From positions 11,155 to 75,154 of the forward strand of contig JAFSCX010000019.1 in assembly GCA_017436525.1 (NCBI GenBank): a stretch of DNA of 64,000 bases, read 5' to 3'. This DNA is from Clostridia bacterium. Lineage in GTDB: Bacteria > Bacillota > Clostridia > Oscillospirales > QAKW01. Both the position numbers and the translations under genes were made by a program. The notes beneath the pieces are model-generated. The model saw nothing but the letters and a program-made list of their open reading frames with translations, was not told where the DNA came from and did no database searches. Of this stretch, positions 46,200 through 55,398 are shown one piece after another. Every line of letters begins with the position of its first letter. Position 1 is the first letter of the stretch.

Positions 46200-47472
46200 G
46201 GTTTTTTCTGCTCCGCAGGTCGGTGCTGAATATGAGCGCTTTATCCATAAAAGCGGGCTTACGGTCTATTTTATGAAAATGCCTCATAAGACCAAAAAAG
46301 CAGCGATGATCTCTGCAAAATTCGGCTCTATTAACTATAGCTTTACCATGAAGGATGGGCGGGCTGTAACCGTTCCGAACGGTACTGCTCATTTCTTGGA
46401 GCATAAGCTTTTTGAAGGAAAGAGCGGCAATGCTTTTGATTTTTATGCCAAGACCGGCGCAAAGGCCAATGCCTATACTTCCAATGATAAGACTGCCTAT
46501 TATTTCACCTGCAGCGATCGTTTTGAGGAAAACTTGGATGTTTTGCTTTCTTTTGTAACCCATCCTTTTCTCACAGAAGAGAATGTGGAAAAAGAAAAAG
46601 GAATCATCGCGCAGGAAATCAAAATGTATGAAGATGAGCCGGGCTGGCAAGGGTATTTTACAATGGTGCAGGGGCTTTATCAGCAACACCCCATTCGAAG
46701 AGATATTGCGGGCACGGTGGAGGATATTTATTCTCTGACCCCTGAGATCTTGATGGATTGCTATCATCGATTTTACCATCCTTCCAATCTGATCCTTGCA
46801 GTAGCAGGAGATCTGGATCGCAAGGTGGTAGAAGAAAAGCTGGATCTTTATTTTGAGCAGGGCGAGCAATTAAAAGAAGAAAAATTAGAGATTCAAGAGC
46901 CTGATCAGGCAGGGGAACGCTATGTGGAAAAAAGGATGTTGGTCTCAAAGCCGATCTTCCATTTGGGTTTTAAGGATCAGCAGACCGATTTGATCGGATT
47001 TGCCCTTTCTAAAAAAGAAGCAGAGGTGGAGATTCTTCTGGAGTATCTTTTCGGTAAATCCTCTCCCTTCTTTAAGGAACTCTATGAAAAAGGGATTATC
47101 AACGGTGAATTTGATTGCTGGTATGATCTTTCTGATTATTTCTCCTTCTGCGTCATCAGCGGCGAGAGCGATCAGCCCAAAGAAGTGGAAGCGTGTGCAT
47201 TCCGCTATATTGAGCGGCTTTTTGAAGAAGGGTTGGATGAGCAGCGCTTTTTGGAGATCCGTAATGGCCTTTATGGCTCTATAGTCATGGAGCTGGATCA
47301 TGCTTATCCTATGGTAAACCGCATTGTCGGCAATTTCATGAATGGCTCTGAAGCCATTGATATGATCGGCGCCTTGATGGAGATCAAAGCGGAAGATCTG
47401 ATTGAGAGAGCAAAGAAAATGTTTGATGCAGAGCGGGCGTGTATGTCTGTCATCAATCCTTTGCAGCAATAA
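46186..47472 (+). CDS. M16-family (pitrilysin) zinc peptidase
   Basis: HFLEH zinc-binding motif (HxxEH), 428 aa. Paired like Bacillus ymfF/ymfH. Confidence 0.8.
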   Translation: MKENKVFSAPQVGAEYERFIHKSGLTVYFMKMPHKTKKAAMISAKFGSINYSFTMKDGRAVTVPNGTAHFLEHKLFEGKSGNAFDFYAKTGAKANAYTSNDKTAYYFTCSDRFEENLDVLLSFVTHPFLTEENVEKEKGIIAQEIKMYEDEPGWQGYFTMVQGLYQQHPIRRDIAGTVEDIYSLTPEILMDCYHRFYHPSNLILAVAGDLDRKVVEEKLDLYFEQGEQLKEEKLEIQEPDQAGERYVEKRMLVSKPIFHLGFKDQQTDLIGFALSKKEAEVEILLEYLFGKSSPFFKELYEKGIINGEFDCWYDLSDYFSFCVISGESDQPKEVEACAFRYIERLFEEGLDEQRFLEIRNGLYGSIVMELDHAYPMVNRIVGNFMNGSEAIDMIGALMEIKAEDLIERAKKMFDAERACMSVINPLQQ

Positions 47473-47487
47473 GGGAGAAGTTCAAAA

Positions 47488-48417
47488 ATGAATTGTAACA
47501 CTGTATCGTTTCCGGGCTTTGGGATCGGTGAATTTACCATCGATCCCACTGCCATTCGCATTACCGAGAATATTACCATTGAATGGTATGCGATCATCAT
47601 TTGCGTGGGGATTTTGGCGGCTTATTTTGTCTGCGATCGCCTTGCTCCTCGCTTTCAGATCGATCGGGATCATCTTTTGGATGCCATGCTGATCGGTCTT
47701 CCTGCCGGTTTTATCGGTGCTCGTTTATGGTACATATTGGGTGATCTTAAGAATTTTCATTCCTTTTTGGATGTCATTGCCGTATGGGAAGGCGGCCTTG
47801 CGATCTATGGTGGAATTATGGGCGCATGTATTGCAGCATTTTTCCTTTGCAGGCATAAAAAGATATCCATGCTGAATCTATTGGATCTGGTGGCAATCGG
47901 CTTTATGATCGGCCAGATCATTGGCCGCTGGGGCAATTTTGCCAATGTAGAGGTATTCGGTGTGCAGACCGATCTTCCTTGGCGAATGGGTGTCGGTATC
48001 GATTGTATTGCTGAGTATGTTCACCCCTTGTTCCTCTATGAATCTTTATGGAATTTGCTCGGCCTGCTGATGCTTTTTGCCTATATGGATTCCCGCAAAT
48101 TCAAGGGTGAGCTCTTCTTGCTTTATACCGTATGGTATGGAATCGGCCGTGCATGGATGGAGCCTTTGAGAGATTCGGCATATAATTTGAAGATTTTTGG
48201 GTTACGCGTCAATATGGTCCTTGCCATTGTAGTTGCTCTTGCGGCTTTAGCCACATTGCTTTGGATCTATCGGAAGAAGCCTGCGCGCTTGATGCTTTCA
48301 AAGAATACCGAGGCAAGCGAAGGGGCGCCCAAAAAGGCATATGAATCGCAATTTGATTATGCGATGGAAGCGGAAGACGAAGCAGATGACGCTGAGGAGG
48401 AAGAAGAAAATGGCTGA
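47488..48417 (+). CDS. lgt: Prolipoprotein diacylglyceryl transferase
   Basis: GRWGNF and GGLAIYGG motifs, multiple TM segments, acidic C-terminal tail. Confidence 0.9.
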   Translation: MNCNTVSFPGFGIGEFTIDPTAIRITENITIEWYAIIICVGILAAYFVCDRLAPRFQIDRDHLLDAMLIGLPAGFIGARLWYILGDLKNFHSFLDVIAVWEGGLAIYGGIMGACIAAFFLCRHKKISMLNLLDLVAIGFMIGQIIGRWGNFANVEVFGVQTDLPWRMGVGIDCIAEYVHPLFLYESLWNLLGLLMLFAYMDSRKFKGELFLLYTVWYGIGRAWMEPLRDSAYNLKIFGLRVNMVLAIVVALAALATLLWIYRKKPARLMLSKNTEASEGAPKKAYESQFDYAMEAEDEADDAEEEEENG

Positions 48418-49264
48418 GATTATTAATGGTAAAGAGATTGCCGCTCAAGTGCGGGCGGGAATCAAGGAAGAGACAGAGCGGCTGATTCAAGCAGGCCTTC
48501 AGCCGGGGCTTGCGGTCGTGATTGTGGGGGAGGATAGCGCCTCTCAAGTATATGTCCGGAATAAAATTAAGGCTTGCGCAGAGGTAGGCTTTTATTCTGA
48601 AAATTATGCCTTGCCTGAGCAGACCACCGAGAAAGAGCTCTTGGAGCTGATCGCTCGCTTAAATCAAGACCCGAAGATTCATGGGATTTTGGTTCAGCTT
48701 CCTTTGCCCTCTCATCTGGATGAAAATAAAGTCATTCTTGCCATTGATCCTAAAAAGGATGTGGATGCATTTCATACTGAGAATGTGGGCAAGATTATGC
48801 TTGGCAATTATGAATTTTTGCCCTGCACCCCTGCAGGCGTGATGAAACTTCTGGAATATAGCGGCATCGAAGTGGCAGGGAAGGATTGTGTAGTGGTCGG
48901 CCGCAGTAATATTGTGGGCAAGCCTCAGGCAATGCTTTTGATGCAAGCCAATGGTACTGTGCAGATCTGCCATTCCAGAACCCGAGATCTTGCTAAAAAG
49001 ACTGCAGCCGCCGATATTTTGGTGGTTGCGATCGGTAAAGCAAAATTCATTACCGGCGATATGATCAAGGAGGGTGCGGTTGTAATTGATGTAGGAATGG
49101 ATCGGGATGAGAATGGAAAGCTCTGCGGAGATGTGGATTTTGATTCCTGCTTTGAAAAAGCGTCCTATATCACCCCCGTGCCGGGTGGCGTTGGCCCCAT
49201 GACCATTACCATGCTGCTGCAGAATACATTGATTGCGGCAAAATCTAAAATGAAGGATAAATAA
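48410..49264 (+). CDS. folD: Bifunctional methylenetetrahydrofolate dehydrogenase/cyclohydrolase
   Basis: MAEIINGKEIA N-terminus; VQLPLP, GRSNIVGKP and PVPGGVGPMT motifs. Start at ATG 48410, overlapping the lgt end. Confidence 0.92.
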   Translation: MAEIINGKEIAAQVRAGIKEETERLIQAGLQPGLAVVIVGEDSASQVYVRNKIKACAEVGFYSENYALPEQTTEKELLELIARLNQDPKIHGILVQLPLPSHLDENKVILAIDPKKDVDAFHTENVGKIMLGNYEFLPCTPAGVMKLLEYSGIEVAGKDCVVVGRSNIVGKPQAMLLMQANGTVQICHSRTRDLAKKTAAADILVVAIGKAKFITGDMIKEGAVVIDVGMDRDENGKLCGDVDFDSCFEKASYITPVPGGVGPMTITMLLQNTLIAAKSKMKDK

Positions 49265-49266
49265 AA

Positions 49267-49983
49267 ATGGAATTTTTGAAAGTCTTATTGGAGCATATGC
49301 CGATGATCCTGCCTTCCGTGGGGATCGGCGCCGCTGTACCTTTGGCGGTGATTTTGATTCTCGCCTTTTCTCCCAAGCGAAAAAAAGTGCCGTATTCCTT
49401 GATTCTTCAAGGATTTGCCACTTTCTTTGCCTCCTTATTGCTGGTCGCTGTATTATTACTTACAGTGGCGCAAAGCCTCTTGTCTACCATCAGCATCTCT
49501 ACGCAAGCGGCAGGAGATCGTGCAGTAATGATAGGTGGTTGCCTTGTTTTGCTGATTTTCTATCTTGTCTCGGAATTACTGAAGTATTTCAGCTATAAGG
49601 GCGCCTTGAAAAAAGAAGAAAAGAAATTCTGCGGCGGTTTGCTTTTTGGTTGTGGATTTATTTTGGCGCAGAATCTTTTGGTGATGGGCTTGGCCCTTTC
49701 TGAGGCGTTTACGGTTGCTCAAGCGCTGGGCTTTGGGGTATTGATGCTGATCTGCGGTATCATCTATCTTTTAATCAGCGAGATCGGTTATCAAGTTTGT
49801 AAGGATGGGCATCGATATGTAGGCGGTGCGCTGGCAAGTATATATTTTGCGCTGCTTGCGGTGATGCTGGTTTTTGCAAGCGTTGTCATTACCTATCTCT
49901 TTTTGGCAGTGGCTTTGATCTTTGTGTTGATCATGGGCTATGTGCTTCTGCCTCTTCCTTTTAAGAAGGGAGGCAAAAGATAA
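49267..49983 (+). CDS. Polytopic membrane protein, unknown function
   Basis: 238 aa with about 7 TM segments. No motif recognised. Confidence 0.6.
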   Translation: MEFLKVLLEHMPMILPSVGIGAAVPLAVILILAFSPKRKKVPYSLILQGFATFFASLLLVAVLLLTVAQSLLSTISISTQAAGDRAVMIGGCLVLLIFYLVSELLKYFSYKGALKKEEKKFCGGLLFGCGFILAQNLLVMGLALSEAFTVAQALGFGVLMLICGIIYLLISEIGYQVCKDGHRYVGGALASIYFALLAVMLVFASVVITYLFLAVALIFVLIMGYVLLPLPFKKGGKR

Positions 49984-50774
49984 TGGCATCGGTTTTGCTT
50001 TGTTATTTTGCCGCATTGGTGGTGCTGATCGGTGGATTTTTTGGAATTCGAGCATTCTTTAAGAGCGCGCTCTCGGCAAAATTTAAGGCCGGCTCCTTCT
50101 TTGGCGGAATGGTGCTTTCGGTAGGTGTTTTTTTGGGAATGTTGTTGCTCTTCCGAATTTGTTTTTCCAATAATATGTATTATAATACCAAGCTTTATCG
50201 TACAGTGGTGGGCTTTGCCTTGTTGCTGCTTTTGAGCTTTGCGCGATTTTTGATCATAAAACTGCCGTTTTTTGATCGGGATCGGAAAAATGAAGGCTAT
50301 TCTTTTGCCGCAGGCTTCGGGGCCGCTCCCGCCGCATTTTTAGGAATTTATTCTTTGCTGATGCTGCTGATTGTCGGCGGCAATGGGATTTTCAATGGCC
50401 CCTGCATCGCAGAGGAAAATGGGCTTTTAAGCTTTGCGGATAATACCATGATCAGTGTATTTCGGCCGGAGGCGGGCCATATTTCCTTTGCAGTCCTTTT
50501 TATTGCCTATGCTTTTTACTCCCTGCTTTTTGCAGAGCTTATCCGAAAAATTTCCGATCGGGTATGCCCTATGGGTGTAGGTGTTTGGTGGTTTGTCTTT
50601 TTCATGATTCTTGATGGGATCATGATCCTTCCCGTGCCTTTTATCGGGATGTATGGCATCTCCCATTGGAGCTTGGCAATCATTGGGCTTATTTGCACTG
50701 CAGCCGCCGCCCTTTTGATGTGGAAGATGCCTGTAAAAGAAGAAAAAAAGGAATATATCAAGCAGTTTGAATAG
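49983..50774 (+). CDS. Polytopic membrane protein, unknown function
   Basis: 263 aa with about 7 TM segments. Start overlaps the stop of the preceding gene. Confidence 0.6.
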   Translation: MASVLLCYFAALVVLIGGFFGIRAFFKSALSAKFKAGSFFGGMVLSVGVFLGMLLLFRICFSNNMYYNTKLYRTVVGFALLLLLSFARFLIIKLPFFDRDRKNEGYSFAAGFGAAPAAFLGIYSLLMLLIVGGNGIFNGPCIAEENGLLSFADNTMISVFRPEAGHISFAVLFIAYAFYSLLFAELIRKISDRVCPMGVGVWWFVFFMILDGIMILPVPFIGMYGISHWSLAIIGLICTAAAALLMWKMPVKEEKKEYIKQFE

Positions 50775-51357
50775 AGGCGGGAAGTTCCTGAAGGAAGGTT
50801 ACGCCATCGTTTGTTACGCTGATTTGATCATAGGGGACTGCAAATAGATCATTGACTGCCGTATATTGCTCAATATAAGGTGTAGCGGCGCCGGCAGGAA
50901 GGGTATGGCCGGAGAAGGTGATGGTATCAGCAATGATTCTCCCTGTGCCGTTCTCTGCTTCTGCCAAATGGCCTTGGATGGTAATTTTCTCGTCTTTCAG
51001 AGCGGTAAGCAAGCTTTCAAAAGCGGAAAGATCGGGGCACGCAGCGGCCAAACGATCGGGATTGCTGAGAACTCCGCTTACCGAAAAATGCCCTTCCTCT
51101 TTCCCTTCAAACTGAATCTGAGATAAAAAACCAAGCTCGGAAAGATTGCGCTCTAAAAGTTGGCTGAAGGCTTGGTTGGAATAATGGCCTGCGGAATGCT
51201 CGATGATAGGGGCTGGATCAGGCTGTTTTTCCGAAATCGGATCATTCATCGTTTGCTGACCGTTGAGCCAGATGATCGCCAGACCCATAAGCAGGGCGGA
51301 AATGGTGAGTAAAAATGCGGTCCATTTGATTTTATAGTAGCTTATTTTCTTTTTCAT
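50758..51357 (-). CDS. Membrane-anchored hypothetical protein
   Basis: 199 aa with a single N-terminal TM segment. Its 3' end converges with and overlaps the 49983-50774 gene by 17 bp. Confidence 0.6.
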   Translation of the reverse strand: MKKKISYYKIKWTAFLLTISALLMGLAIIWLNGQQTMNDPISEKQPDPAPIIEHSAGHYSNQAFSQLLERNLSELGFLSQIQFEGKEEGHFSVSGVLSNPDRLAAACPDLSAFESLLTALKDEKITIQGHLAEAENGTGRIIADTITFSGHTLPAGAATPYIEQYTAVNDLFAVPYDQISVTNDGVTFLQELPASIQTA

Positions 51358-51393
51358 TCTATCGTATTCCTTTCTCTGGGAGGTGTAAAAATA

Positions 51394-52233
51394 ATGCGAA
51401 TATTAAAAATGATTTTGGTGGGTTTCCTTTGCATTTCAGTGCTGATCCATAGCGGTTGTGCATTGGATTTCTTGGAGGCGGAACAACCGAATCCTGAAAA
51501 TTCAGAGCCCTCTTCGGAAGAGATCACTCAGCAAGAAGGCCCCACCGCCGAAGAAATTGCGCAGGCAGAAAAAGAGGCGGAGTTGCGTAAAGAGCGGATT
51601 GATGCTATTGAAGCAATGCTGGCAGACCCCTTTATGGTTTTGGTGAATCGGGATCATAAGCTTTCTTCGGATTTTGAACCTTCGGATCGCGTCTCCTTTC
51701 GAGGGGGATATCCCTTGAATAAAACCTGCGCTGAGCAGCTTGGCAAATTGGTGGATGCAGGGAAAGAAGCGGGATATCATTATGTGTTGTATTCCGGCTA
51801 TCGCACCTATTCAAGCCAGCATAATAAATATTATAATAAGATCGCTTATTATGAGGGAAAAGGCTATTCCAATGCAGAAGCAGTGCGGCTGACAGATCTT
51901 TATTATGCACCTCCCGGTGCCAGCGAGCATCAGACAGGCCTTGCTGCAGATGTCTGTATTCCTTCCATTGTTAATAAGTATGGCGAACTGCATGATTCAT
52001 ATGCAGAAACCGATGAATTCAAGTGGTTTTCTACCCACGCCCATGAATATGGCTTTATTCTGCGCTATCGATTAGGGGATGAGCAGATTACAGGCTATGC
52101 CTATGAGCCCTGGCATTTTCGCTATGTGGGTGTTGCTGCAGCCACCGAGATTTATCAGTTGGATATTACCTACGAGGAATATATTGAGGGTCTGCAAAAA
52201 GAATTAGCGGATCTTAAAGCTAAAGATAATTAA
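51394..52233 (+). CDS. VanY/M15B-family D-Ala-D-Ala carboxypeptidase
   Basis: SGYRxxxxQ, SEHQTGLAxD and EPWHFRYVG motifs, with a signal/lipoprotein-like N-terminus. Confidence 0.85.
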   Translation: MRILKMILVGFLCISVLIHSGCALDFLEAEQPNPENSEPSSEEITQQEGPTAEEIAQAEKEAELRKERIDAIEAMLADPFMVLVNRDHKLSSDFEPSDRVSFRGGYPLNKTCAEQLGKLVDAGKEAGYHYVLYSGYRTYSSQHNKYYNKIAYYEGKGYSNAEAVRLTDLYYAPPGASEHQTGLAADVCIPSIVNKYGELHDSYAETDEFKWFSTHAHEYGFILRYRLGDEQITGYAYEPWHFRYVGVAAATEIYQLDITYEEYIEGLQKELADLKAKDN

Positions 52234-52234
52234 T

Positions 52235-52279
52235 GAAAAAAGCCTTTATCAAGGAAATTCTTTGGTAAAGGCTTTTTTC
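52235..52279. terminator. Bidirectional-looking intrinsic terminator
   Basis: Stem AAAAAAGCCTTTA/TAAAGGCTTTTTT. Confidence 0.7.
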
Positions 52280-52329
52280 ATTTGCATAGACTGAATTTTT
52301 TAGAGGACACTAAAAGGGAGGTGATAAAA

Positions 52330-53013
52330 ATGGCTGAGAGTGTATTGCGATGCGTAGTCTTGTATCTTGCAGTTATTCTTGCGGTACGGGTGATGGGAAA
52401 GCGGCAGATCGGCGAGCTGCAGCCATCAGAGCTTGTGGTTACCATTATGATCTCGGAATTTGCCGCTCTTCCTTTGCAGGATATTAATTTCCCTCTCCTT
52501 TGGGGGCTGGTTCCGATGTTTTTCTTGGTGGCGCTGGAGCTGATTATGTCGTTTGTAACCTTGAAATCCATTCGCCTGCGCGCATTTTTTTACGGGCAAC
52601 CGATCTTATTGATCTATAATGGAAAGATCAATCGGGAAGAACTTTTGAAAACCCGTGTATCGGTAGAGGATGTGATGGAGGCGATGCGGGCAAATGGGCT
52701 GCTGCGTATTGAGGATATCCATACGGCTGTGCTGGAAACCAACGGCACGATTTCTATTATCCCTAAGCCGGAGCTTGCTCCGCCATCTGCAAAGGATATG
52801 AAGATCAAGGTGGAAAAATGCGGCGGAATGCCTCAAATTATCGTGATGGACGGCACCTTGGTGAAAAAGAATATGGAGATCAAAGGGGTGGACGAGCAGC
52901 AGATCGAAAAAATTCTCCATGGTTACGGTGTTCCTCTTGAGCAGGTGTTTATGCTTACCATTGATGATCTTGGAAAGACTTATTTGGTAAGCAGAAGAAA
53001 AGAGGATGTATGA
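52330..53013 (+). CDS. DUF421 (YetF-like) membrane protein
   Basis: RxMGKRxxGELxxxELVVxI motif. Start at ATG 52330 after GGGAGGTG. Confidence 0.8.
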   Translation: MAESVLRCVVLYLAVILAVRVMGKRQIGELQPSELVVTIMISEFAALPLQDINFPLLWGLVPMFFLVALELIMSFVTLKSIRLRAFFYGQPILLIYNGKINREELLKTRVSVEDVMEAMRANGLLRIEDIHTAVLETNGTISIIPKPELAPPSAKDMKIKVEKCGGMPQIIVMDGTLVKKNMEIKGVDEQQIEKILHGYGVPLEQVFMLTIDDLGKTYLVSRRKEDV

Positions 53014-53399
53014 AACGTTTTTTGATTAGTTTGATTTTAATATTACTTTTTGTGGGAGGCAGTGTGGTATATGATCAATGGTTTATGTGTCGGTTTGCGG
53101 GAGAGATGAATAAGGGAATCGATAGGGTTATACAAGCGCAGGAACAATCAGAAAAAGAAAAAGCGGTAGATCAGCTCAACAGTTGCTATGCAAAGCGCCA
53201 TCCGATTGCGGATCATCTGATCTTTTCAAATCGCTTGGAAGAGATTGAAACGCTGCTATATAAATTGAATGCATATATCGAAGAGGAAGAGGAAGCGGAG
53301 ATTCTTGCAACTGCGCAGGAGCTGCGTTCGAGAATCAATCTGCTTCATTCGATTGAATTTTATCGCGGGAACCGTTCGAAAGACTTTTGCATAAGATAG
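53010..53399 (+). CDS. DUF4363-like protein
   Basis: 129 aa with an N-terminal TM segment. Typical partner immediately downstream of DUF421 genes. Confidence 0.65.
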   Translation: MKRFLISLILILLFVGGSVVYDQWFMCRFAGEMNKGIDRVIQAQEQSEKEKAVDQLNSCYAKRHPIADHLIFSNRLEEIETLLYKLNAYIEEEEEAEILATAQELRSRINLLHSIEFYRGNRSKDFCIR

Positions 53400-53451
53400 G
53401 AATACAGCGAAAGTAAGGGCAATATCAGGCTTTGCAGGAGGAGGTCCGCCG

Positions 53452-53604
53452 ATGAAACGAGGAGGGTTAATAAAAGCGGCGGGCTGCTTTGCCGCCGCAG
53501 TAGCGCTTGGAATGTTGATTCAGATCTTTTTGCCGGATATTCTGATCATCGCGATCTGCTGCGTGATGGTGATCGTGATGGGGGTATTGATTGCAAAAAT
53601 ATAG
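53452..53604 (+). CDS. Small (50 aa) two-TM membrane peptide, not in the ORF track
   Basis: ATG preceded by GCAGGAGGAGG. Translation is MKRGGLIKAAGCFAAAVALGMLIQIFLPDILIIAICCVMVIVMGVLIAKI. Below the track's length cut-off. Confidence 0.45.
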   Translation: MKRGGLIKAAGCFAAAVALGMLIQIFLPDILIIAICCVMVIVMGVLIAKI

Positions 53605-53619
53605 GAAGGGGGTGAAGGA

Positions 53620-53700
53620 ATGCAGGTAATTGTAGTAAAAGCGCCGCGTCTTCTGCGCGGGATTCTAAAGCGCATTTTTGGGATTCGCAGAGAGGAATAG
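53620..53700 (+). CDS. spoVM: Stage V sporulation protein M (26-aa amphipathic peptide), not in the ORF track
   Basis: Translation MQVIVVKAPRLLRGILKRIFGIRREE has the same 26-aa length as B. subtilis SpoVM (MKFYTIKLPKFLGGIVRAMLGSFRKD). It shares K7, P9, basic 10, L12, G14, I15, G21 and R24. SD is GGGGGTGAAGGA. Confidence 0.75.
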   Translation: MQVIVVKAPRLLRGILKRIFGIRREE

Positions 53701-53760
53701 AGAATATTGGGCAGCTCCTTTGCATATGTAATAATAAAAAACAAAGGAGCCGTGGACGAT

Positions 53761-55284
53761 ATGGAGTGCAGCCAGCAACAAACAACGGTGGCAGCGACCG
53801 CAACGCTGTATGAAAACTTTTTGGAGGAAAAGTGCGAGAGTGATCTCTTAATTCCGGATTATTGCCCATCTGCCGAAAAGATTATTCAGTGCAGTGCTGT
53901 TCCTGTAATTACCAAAAAAGAAATAGAAGGCGATCGCCTGATTTTAGAAGGAAATTGCCGTATTTGCGTCATTTATCAAGGAGAAGAGGAGGGTGGAATT
54001 CGTTCATTAAGTGAGAATGTTCCGTTTAATGAGAGTCTCCCCCTAAAGGAGGCGGGGAGTAATCCTTGGATTCAGGTTGTTACCCGCAGCTCGGGCGTAT
54101 CCTGCCGTCTTTTGAATCCGCGCAAGATCAGCGTAAGAACCACTGTGTCTGTTGCGGTCAAAGTAAAGGATCAGCATTTTACCAATACGGTGGAAAAGAT
54201 GGATTGCAATGAGGTGGAGGCGTTATTTACCCCTGCTTCTGTCTATACAGTGCTGGAGCACTCGGCCGATACGATAAAGGTACAGGGTGAGATTGAAGTA
54301 CATAGCGAAATACAGGATGTATTGAAGACCGAGGGTACAGTCTGTATTAAAGATGTGCGTGTTATGGCGGGAAAAGCGATGGTTAAAGGGGTGGTGAGCC
54401 TTTCGGTACTTTATACGCCCGAATCGTCGCCGAATCGAATCGAGAGTGCCTCCACTTCCATTCCTTTTTCGCAAATGCTGGAATTAAGGCAATCGGATGG
54501 GCGCGGACAGATGGAAGCAATGGCCTATATTCAAAATATCAGAACCGATGTAGAGAGTGATGAGGACGGAAATAATCGCTTGATTTCTATTTCGGCAACC
54601 GTGCTGACAGAAGGGGAACTTTTTGAAAATCAACTGCACCAGATGCTGCTCGATGTCTATTCCAATCAATATCCCATTCAAATGAAGCAAGAGATTCTGC
54701 AGTATGAAGAAATGAGAGAACGATTGGAGGGTGTGGAAACAATCCGCCATAAGATTCCGATGGAGGCGGAGGGGCTTGAAATTGTGCAGACGATGGGAAA
54801 TCCTGTGGTCCAAAAGATTAGCGGGAAGGATCAGTTGCTAACCATCGAGGGTGTGATGGATGCTTCAATCTTTTTGCGGGAAGGAGAACGGCACCGCAGC
54901 GTTGACAAGTCTTTTTCCTTTACATTCAATGTACCCTTGCAGCATCTTGATGGGCAAATGCGGTGTGAGGTTCGGCCTTGTATTTTAGGGATGAATTGGT
55001 CGGTTGCGACAGATGGGCTGGATCTGAAGGCGGATATAGGGTATTCTTTGATCACCTTTGCCCGCCATAAGCAGGAAGTGATCCATCAGGTTGAGGTGGA
55101 TACAGAGCATCAGCTGGAGCAAGAGGAAGCAAAGCCGCTGGTTGTTTATTATGGTGAAAAAGGGGAGCGGCTTTGGGATATCGCCCGCCGATATGCCACC
55201 TCTGTGGCATCCTTGAAATCGATCAATAATCTTTCTGCAGATGTATTGGATGAGAAAAAACTTCTTTTAATTTCAAAGGCTTAA
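53761..55284 (+). CDS. SipL/SpoVID-like spore-coat morphogenetic protein (DUF3794/SPOCS repeats plus C-terminal LysM)
   Basis: Repeated beta-rich DUF3794-like modules and a C-terminal LysM (VVYYGEKGERLWDIARRYATSVASLKSINNL). Start at ATG 53761 after AAAGGAG. Confidence 0.7.
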   Translation: MECSQQQTTVAATATLYENFLEEKCESDLLIPDYCPSAEKIIQCSAVPVITKKEIEGDRLILEGNCRICVIYQGEEEGGIRSLSENVPFNESLPLKEAGSNPWIQVVTRSSGVSCRLLNPRKISVRTTVSVAVKVKDQHFTNTVEKMDCNEVEALFTPASVYTVLEHSADTIKVQGEIEVHSEIQDVLKTEGTVCIKDVRVMAGKAMVKGVVSLSVLYTPESSPNRIESASTSIPFSQMLELRQSDGRGQMEAMAYIQNIRTDVESDEDGNNRLISISATVLTEGELFENQLHQMLLDVYSNQYPIQMKQEILQYEEMRERLEGVETIRHKIPMEAEGLEIVQTMGNPVVQKISGKDQLLTIEGVMDASIFLREGERHRSVDKSFSFTFNVPLQHLDGQMRCEVRPCILGMNWSVATDGLDLKADIGYSLITFARHKQEVIHQVEVDTEHQLEQEEAKPLVVYYGEKGERLWDIARRYATSVASLKSINNLSADVLDEKKLLLISKA

Positions 55285-55293
55285 GATGAATTG

Positions 55294-55336
55294 AACCGCT
55301 GTTTTTTGTTTCGACAGAAAATAGCGGTTTTTTTAT
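55294..55336 (+). terminator. Intrinsic terminator
   Basis: Stem AACCGCTGTTTT/AAAATAGCGGTT (one mismatch), followed by TTTTTTT. Confidence 0.7.
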
Positions 55337-55343
55337 TTCTTTA

Positions 55344-55372
55344 TTGAATCTTTGATAATATAATGTTATAAT
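55344..55372 (+). promoter_or_regulatory. Sigma-A promoter upstream of recJ
   Basis: TTGAAT (55344-49), 17-nt spacer, TATAAT (55367-72). Confidence 0.5.
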
Positions 55373-55398
55373 AAATTATTATTTATTATGATGGAGGT

